A stretch of 64,000 nucleotides of DNA from positions 3,271-67,270 of the forward strand of contig JAGCKJ010000175.1 of NCBI GenBank assembly GCA_017647575.1, written 5' to 3'. This DNA is from Bacteroidaceae bacterium. GTDB taxonomy: Bacteria > Bacteroidota > Bacteroidia > Bacteroidales > Bacteroidaceae. Below, in pieces: positions 58,868-64,000 of the stretch; positions within the stretch are counted from its first letter, which is position 1; each line of letters opens with the position of its first letter. The notes beneath the pieces were generated by a model. That model was not told the origin of the DNA and did no database searches. It saw nothing but the letters and a program-made list of their open reading frames with translations. Position numbers and translations under genes: made by a program.

Positions 58868-60139
58868 TTAGTGGAATTTGCCGCCTAAGTTAATATAATC
58901 TTTGCAAAAATCGGGATAAGATTTATCAATACATTTCATATTGTCTATTTTTGTGTTGCCGTGAGCCACTGAAGCCATAATGGCTGCCGATGCTGCAATT
59001 CTGTGGTCTGCAGCAGACCACACACTTCCGCCAACAGGCATGCCGGGATATATGGTAAGCGAATTTTCTGTGGCAGAACTCTTTATTCCGAATGACTGTA
59101 GCATACGCATAGTAGTCTCTACGCGGTCGCTCTCTTTCAAACGCAGTCTGCCTATACCGGTAAAAGTAGATGGAGAATCTGCCATAGCTGCGGCAATAGA
59201 GAGTATAGGGACAGCGTCGGGTATATTGGAACAATCTGTTTCAATACCTTTTAGTTGAGAGGGATACGCAACCGTATAACCGTTACCGGTCTCTATCTCA
59301 GCACCCATAAATCGAAGAATATCTACCACCTTTTTGTCTCCTTGAACAGAGTGGTGGTAATCTATACCGTAACATTCTATAGCCTCTTTACCTATGCAGC
59401 CTGCCACTAACCAGAATGATGCACTTGACCAATCACCTTCTGCAAAAAGTTCCGATGGAGTGGCGAATTTTTGACCTTCAGGAATAAAATAACCGTAGTC
59501 TGTAGTTTCTATCTCTATGCCGAAAAGCTTTAGCACACTTATGGTTAAATCTATATATGGTGTGCTTTCGCGTCGGCCGTTCACAATAATTCTGCACTCC
59601 TGTCCAGTTACGGGCAGTGCCATAAGCAGCCCGGATATGAATTGCGATGAAACTCCGCCGTCTATGGTGTATGTTCCACCCGGCAACAGACCTTTGCAGA
59701 GTAGGGGAAGAGTGCCATTGGCACTTAGCTCTATTCCGTGTGCAGTCATCTCTTCATACAGAGGTGATAACGGACGCTCCGGCAGTCTGCCTTCGCCACT
59801 AAATTCGCAGTATGCTCCAAGTGTAGCAGCAACCGGAAGCATAAAACGCAGGGTAGAGCCGCTTTCGCAGCAATTCAGTTTGTGCAGAGTGTTGCCAATA
59901 TTGCTTCTGCTGAGTGGCTGAACAGTTATATGGCTTTCTGTAATTTCTATCTCTGCCCCCAATGCCTTCAGACAGTTTGCTGTGGCTGTAATATCGTTAC
60001 CGGCACCTTTGCAATCTATGCGAACCTGCTTGTTGCCCAATGCAGCACATATCATCATTCTATGTACCACCGATTTTGACGATGGAATGGTGATTTTACC
60101 TTTTAAAACGTTTGGAACAAGTGTCTGTTCAGTAATCAT
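58868..60139 (-). CDS. aroA: 3-phosphoshikimate 1-carboxyvinyltransferase (EPSP synthase)
   Basis: 423 aa. The sequence shows KITIPSSKSVVHRMMICAAL, later EPSPS blocks (LKESDR) and DHRIAASAAI. Confidence 0.93.
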   Translation of the reverse strand: MITEQTLVPNVLKGKITIPSSKSVVHRMMICAALGNKQVRIDCKGAGNDITATANCLKALGAEIEITESHITVQPLSRSNIGNTLHKLNCCESGSTLRFMLPVAATLGAYCEFSGEGRLPERPLSPLYEEMTAHGIELSANGTLPLLCKGLLPGGTYTIDGGVSSQFISGLLMALPVTGQECRIIVNGRRESTPYIDLTISVLKLFGIEIETTDYGYFIPEGQKFATPSELFAEGDWSSASFWLVAGCIGKEAIECYGIDYHHSVQGDKKVVDILRFMGAEIETGNGYTVAYPSQLKGIETDCSNIPDAVPILSIAAAMADSPSTFTGIGRLRLKESDRVETTMRMLQSFGIKSSATENSLTIYPGMPVGGSVWSAADHRIAASAAIMASVAHGNTKIDNMKCIDKSYPDFCKDYINLGGKFH

Positions 60140-61278
60140 ATAATCTCTATGTAAGTGCCAAAGTATTTGAACTGTTCTTCGCAGTGGTCAAGTTCGCTTA
60201 TCAAAGATGCAAACTTGTCGTTATAGATAGATAACTCTATGTCGAAATAGAACATAAATTCAAAATCTCTGTTTGGTATAGGACGGCTTTCCAGTTTAAC
60301 CAGGTTGGCTCCAATGGCACTGAAACGTGACAATACACTGAACAGTTTGCCCGGTTTGTTTGGAATAACCATCATAATACTTGTTCTGTCTGCACCAGGA
60401 TAGATTTTCAGATCTTTTGTAATGCAGATAAAACGGGTGTGGTTGCTGTCATAGTTCTGAATACCATCTGCAAGAACGGACATATTGTAGAGTTCTGCAC
60501 AACTTCTGGAAGAAATAGACGCCATAGTACCTGTGGTGTCTTTTGAAACCATGGATGCTGCAATTGCAGTGTTTTCGCAAGGAATAACCTGAACATCTTT
60601 CAGATTATCAAGGAAATGTGAGCACTGACGTATAGCCTGTGGATGAGAATAGATAGTCTTTACATTTTCTAACTTCATACCTTTTGTACCCAAAAGCAGA
60701 TGGTCTATTCTTACTCTTGTACTGCGAACTATATGAACATCATATTTTACCAGCAAATCGTAAATCTCGTTTACCGAACCTGCACTGGAGTTTTCAATAG
60801 GCAGAATACCATATTGGCAGAATCCTTCTGAAACCATTTTCAGTACACCTTCAAAAGTTTTTGCCCACATAATCTCCGGTACTTCGAACAGACGTTCTGC
60901 AGCAGCCTGTGAATATGCACCTTCTCTTCCCTGGCAGGCCACCATAGCACGTGCCGGGAATGCTTCCGGTTGTGCGTGGATAATGCTTTCCAATTCTTTA
61001 TACAGTGGGGAGTCCTTCTCTTTGTGCATAGATTCGTATGCCTTGCTTATATCGAATATGGAACGATACAATGAACGCCCGAATTCCTCCATGTGTGGTG
61101 GCAGAGCCTTTGAAATACGGGTTAGAACCTGTCTTTCACGTGCAGCATTGTTTATAGGTTCGTTATTGCTTCTTTTCAGTTCGCCAATCTTATTGACAAT
61201 ATTCATTCTCTCCTGGAACAACTTGCAGATATTGTTATCCACGTTGTCAATCTCTTCTCTCAATTTGTCAAGTTCCAT
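60136..61278 (-). CDS. pheA: Bifunctional chorismate mutase / prephenate dehydratase
   Basis: 380 aa with an N-terminal CM helix (LREEIDNVDNNICKLFQERM). The PDT domain carries NHTRFICI and KLESRPI. An ACT domain follows. Confidence 0.9.
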   Translation of the reverse strand: MELDKLREEIDNVDNNICKLFQERMNIVNKIGELKRSNNEPINNAARERQVLTRISKALPPHMEEFGRSLYRSIFDISKAYESMHKEKDSPLYKELESIIHAQPEAFPARAMVACQGREGAYSQAAAERLFEVPEIMWAKTFEGVLKMVSEGFCQYGILPIENSSAGSVNEIYDLLVKYDVHIVRSTRVRIDHLLLGTKGMKLENVKTIYSHPQAIRQCSHFLDNLKDVQVIPCENTAIAASMVSKDTTGTMASISSRSCAELYNMSVLADGIQNYDSNHTRFICITKDLKIYPGADRTSIMMVIPNKPGKLFSVLSRFSAIGANLVKLESRPIPNRDFEFMFYFDIELSIYNDKFASLISELDHCEEQFKYFGTYIEII

Positions 61279-61281
61279 ATC

Positions 61282-62337
61282 TTAAAGTTTTATTCTGTTC
61301 AGTAAATTGTATAATTCTTCCGTTGAAATGGTATGTAATACACATTTTCCTATAGATTCAGGTAATACAACGGTAATGTTATTTTTGTCTCTCTTTTTGT
61401 CAGATAAAGCCACCTTGTAGATTTCTGTGGCAGAGTAGGGGCAATATGTATCAAAACCGTACATTTCAACGATGTTTTTGATAGGTTCTACCACATCTGC
61501 ATACCCACACTCTTTACCCAATTTTGCGGCAATAACCATACCTTTTGCCACAGCTTCTCCATGTGTAATGGTAAAGTTACTCAGTAGCTCTATGCTATGT
61601 CCAATGGTGTGACCGAAATTCAGTAGCTGACGTTCTCCCTTGTCAAATTCATCGGCAGCCACAACATCTCTTTTAATCTCTATACATCTGGAGATAATCT
61701 GTTCCAAAAGAGCACTATCCTTTTTTAATAGGTTGTTGTATAGTTCTTTATCAAGTATTATGCCGTACTTTATAACCTCTGCAAAGCCGTCGCGCATAAT
61801 GTTTGCAGGCAGAGTGTTCAGAGTGCTGATATCGCAAAATACCAAAACCGGTTGATGAAAAGCTCCTATCAGGTTTTTGCCGGCAGAGATATCTACGGCG
61901 GTCTTTCCACCTACAGAACTATCTACTGCAGCAAGCAGAGTAGTGGGTACCTGTATGTATTTTATTCCGCGCAGGTAGATAGCCGATGCAAATCCTGCCA
62001 TATCACCTATAACACCGCCTCCAAGTGCCAGAACCATATCGGAACGAGTAATCTGTTCGCTTGCCATAAAGTTTATGAATGATAGAACAGAATCCATGTT
62101 CTTGCTGCTTTCACCATTTGGAATGGTATGTTTAATACAATGGAAACCATTAGCTTCGAGTGACTTTATAACTGTATCGGCATATAGAGCATCTACAATA
62201 TCATCGGTCAGAATGGCTATACTGCATCTGTCAAACAATTTGGACATAACACCACCCAGTTCATGCAACATACCGTTGCTAACCATAACATTGTACTTAT
62301 GTGATGCATTCACCTTGATTATGTTGTATTTATCCAT
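61282..62337 (-). CDS. aroB: 3-dehydroquinate synthase
   Basis: 351 aa. Motifs seen are LGGGVIGDMAGFAS, VDSSVGGKT and NFGHTIGH. Confidence 0.93.
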   Translation of the reverse strand: MDKYNIIKVNASHKYNVMVSNGMLHELGGVMSKLFDRCSIAILTDDIVDALYADTVIKSLEANGFHCIKHTIPNGESSKNMDSVLSFINFMASEQITRSDMVLALGGGVIGDMAGFASAIYLRGIKYIQVPTTLLAAVDSSVGGKTAVDISAGKNLIGAFHQPVLVFCDISTLNTLPANIMRDGFAEVIKYGIILDKELYNNLLKKDSALLEQIISRCIEIKRDVVAADEFDKGERQLLNFGHTIGHSIELLSNFTITHGEAVAKGMVIAAKLGKECGYADVVEPIKNIVEMYGFDTYCPYSATEIYKVALSDKKRDKNNITVVLPESIGKCVLHTISTEELYNLLNRIKL

Positions 62338-62341
62338 AACT

Positions 62342-63178
62342 TTACTTTTCTGATAGTTCTTTTGCTATTCGTCCGTCACGTAACAGATTGCAAAGATATT
62401 CATTGTTTTCGTCATTTAAGGCTTTTACATACTCTTTCAGATTATCAATCAGCAGATTGATCTCTTTTAGCAGATTATCTTTGTTCTCTAAAAACAGTTC
62501 TGTCCACATATTTTCATTTAACCAAGCCACGCGCGTAAGATCTCTAAAACTGCCGGCGCTGTAACCTTTGTGTTCCTGTGCACTTGGACTTTTTATAAAT
62601 GCATTAGACACTACATGAGGCAGTTGCGATGTATATGCTATCATACGGTCGTGGTCATCAGCCGTGGTAAATACCACCTTTTTGAACCCCATAGGTTTGA
62701 GAGCCTGTTTGATTTTGTCATATAGGTTTATATCATCAAATTCCGGGGGAACAATAATCATAGAAGCATTATTGAACATAGTAGACTTTGAATTCTTGAA
62801 TCCTGACAGATGATTTCCAGCCATTGGATGACCGCCAACGTATGTAAAGCTATACTCTTTGGCCAGTTTGAAACCAATAGAGGTAATACCGCTTTTAGTG
62901 CCGCAATCATCAATTACCAGACCATCTTTTGGAAAGTGGGCTACATTCAGTTGCAAATATTCAATGGCAGCCTTTGGGGTAATGGCTATGTGTATAACGT
63001 CGCATTGCTTCAGGCTGTTTGCTGTAAGTTCTGCATCAACAGTTCCGGATATAATGGCGTAGCTTGTAATGGATAAATTGCTGTCATAAGCCAGCACCTT
63101 CCATCCGGCAGCTTTATATGCCTTGGCAATAGAACCACCTATTAAACCTAATCCTACAACTCCAACTATCTGTTTCAT
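62342..63178 (-). CDS. tyrA: Prephenate dehydrogenase
   Basis: 278 aa. The Rossmann motif is VGVVGLGLIGGSIA, and GGHPMAG is also present. Confidence 0.9.
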   Translation of the reverse strand: MKQIVGVVGLGLIGGSIAKAYKAAGWKVLAYDSNLSITSYAIISGTVDAELTANSLKQCDVIHIAITPKAAIEYLQLNVAHFPKDGLVIDDCGTKSGITSIGFKLAKEYSFTYVGGHPMAGNHLSGFKNSKSTMFNNASMIIVPPEFDDINLYDKIKQALKPMGFKKVVFTTADDHDRMIAYTSQLPHVVSNAFIKSPSAQEHKGYSAGSFRDLTRVAWLNENMWTELFLENKDNLLKEINLLIDNLKEYVKALNDENNEYLCNLLRDGRIAKELSEK

Positions 63179-63180
63179 AT

Positions 63181-64000
63181 TTAGAACAGTTTTCTTATTT
63201 CACTCACTTTTGCCGATACAGTACTGAACTGTGACGGAGTTAGTGACTGTGCGCCATCGCAAAGTGCGTGTTCAGGGTCGTTGTGAACCTCTATTATCAG
63301 ACCATCGGCACCTGCAGCTGTTGCCGCCATTGACATAGATTCCACCAGTGAACGTTTGCCGGTAGCATGGCTTGGATCTACTATTATAGGCAGATGTGAA
63401 AGTTCTTTAACCATAGGAATGGCAGCCAGGTCAAGAACATTTCGTGTGTATGGGTCGTAACTGCGTATGCCGCGTTCACACAGAATAATGTTTTCGTTTC
63501 CTTCTGACATAATATATTCGGCACTCATAAGCCACTCTTTAAGTGTGCTGGAAAGACCGCGTTTAAGCAGAATGGGCTTTCTTAGTTTACCCAATTCTTT
63601 CAGCAGTTCAAAGTTCTGCATATTTCTGGCACCCACCTGAATAAGATCTACATCTTCAAACATATCCAGATGGCTGGCACTCATTATTTCGGTTACTATA
63701 GGTAATCCTGTAGCCTCTCTTGCCTTTCTCAATAAATCCAGACCTTCGCCACGCAGTCCCTGAAAATCGTAAGGCGATGTACGCGGTTTGAACGCTCCAC
63801 CTCGCAGCAGGGTAGCACCGGCTGCTTTTACATCTTGTGCTATACCTATAATCTGTGCTTCCGATTCCACTGAACAGGGACCAGCTATAATAGCAAAATT
63901 ACCGCCACCTATCTTTACTGCATTTTCTCCGCTGCCAATTTCTACCACTGTGTCTGTAGGGTGGAAACGGCGGTTTGCACATTTAAACGGATCGCTTATA
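63181..64000 (-). CDS. aroF: 3-deoxy-7-phosphoheptulonate (DAHP) synthase, class I-beta. The 5' end runs off the right window edge.
   Basis: The ORF track starts at a GTG at 63948. The frame stays open to position 64000 (...[23 protein letters not shown]...). [12 protein letters not shown] and DPSHATG are KDO8P/DAHP-synthase I-beta motifs. Confidence 0.88.
   Translation of the reverse strand, partial: ISDPFKCANRRFHPTDTVVEIGSGENAVKIGGGNFAIIAGPCSVESEAQIIGIAQDVKAAGATLLRGGAFKPRTSPYDFQGLRGEGLDLLRKAREATGLPIVTEIMSASHLDMFEDVDLIQVGARNMQNFELLKELGKLRKPILLKRGLSSTLKEWLMSAEYIMSEGNENIILCERGIRSYDPYTRNVLDLAAIPMVKELSHLPIIVDPSHATGKRSLVESMSMAATAAGADGLIIEVHNDPEHALCDGAQSLTPSQFSTVSAKVSEIRKLF

Overview
This is a densely coding, mostly core chromosomal segment of a Bacteroidales (Prevotellaceae-like) genome. 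The assignment rests on gene content, lipoprotein-type signal peptides, recurrent TAnnTTTG -7 promoter boxes, an NQR respiratory operon and T9SS/TonB components. I support about 52 protein-coding genes. On the left are metF plus a truncated metH-like gene, trxB-lolA-ftsK, and a + strand housekeeping run (DUF5063, 3'-5' exonuclease, rlmI, nupG-like, bifunctional nuclease, rsmE, truA). Then come rpmE2, nhaA, fba, a PA14-containing GH31 and xylA, followed by dedA/TPR/glnS, GT2, rarA, a DUF5103 (T9SS plug-like) gene, proS and tamB. The centre holds the complete nqrABCDEF operon, serC-serA-DUF1015 and yigZ. Next is a GH67 alpha-glucuronidase followed by two URO-D-fold methyltransferase-like genes. 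After that lies an AT-rich islet with a BspA-type LRR lipoprotein and a lipoprotein carrying a JAMM-like motif. A TPP-riboswitch-controlled TonB receptor plus PnuC-like transporter follows. The right end is a long minus-strand operon of aromatic amino-acid genes (DAHP synthase, tyrA, aroB, pheA, aroA, an acyl-ACP-thioesterase-like gene, aroQ) continuing into yihY and an ABC-F ATPase. Reading by eye, I found no rRNA, tRNA, CRISPR array, transposase or integrase. The items most worth follow-up are listed here. (1) The GH67 / URO-D-like pair may be an anaerobic 4-O-methyl-glucuronate demethylation module. (2) A 70-76 bp tandem repeat has twin hairpins and compensatory substitutions. (3) The AT-rich LRR/JAMM-lipoprotein islet looks accessory. 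(4) NqrC carries an N-terminal four-Cys rubredoxin-like ribbon. (5) A thioesterase gene is embedded in the aromatic operon. All family assignments come from motif recognition by eye, not from database searches.
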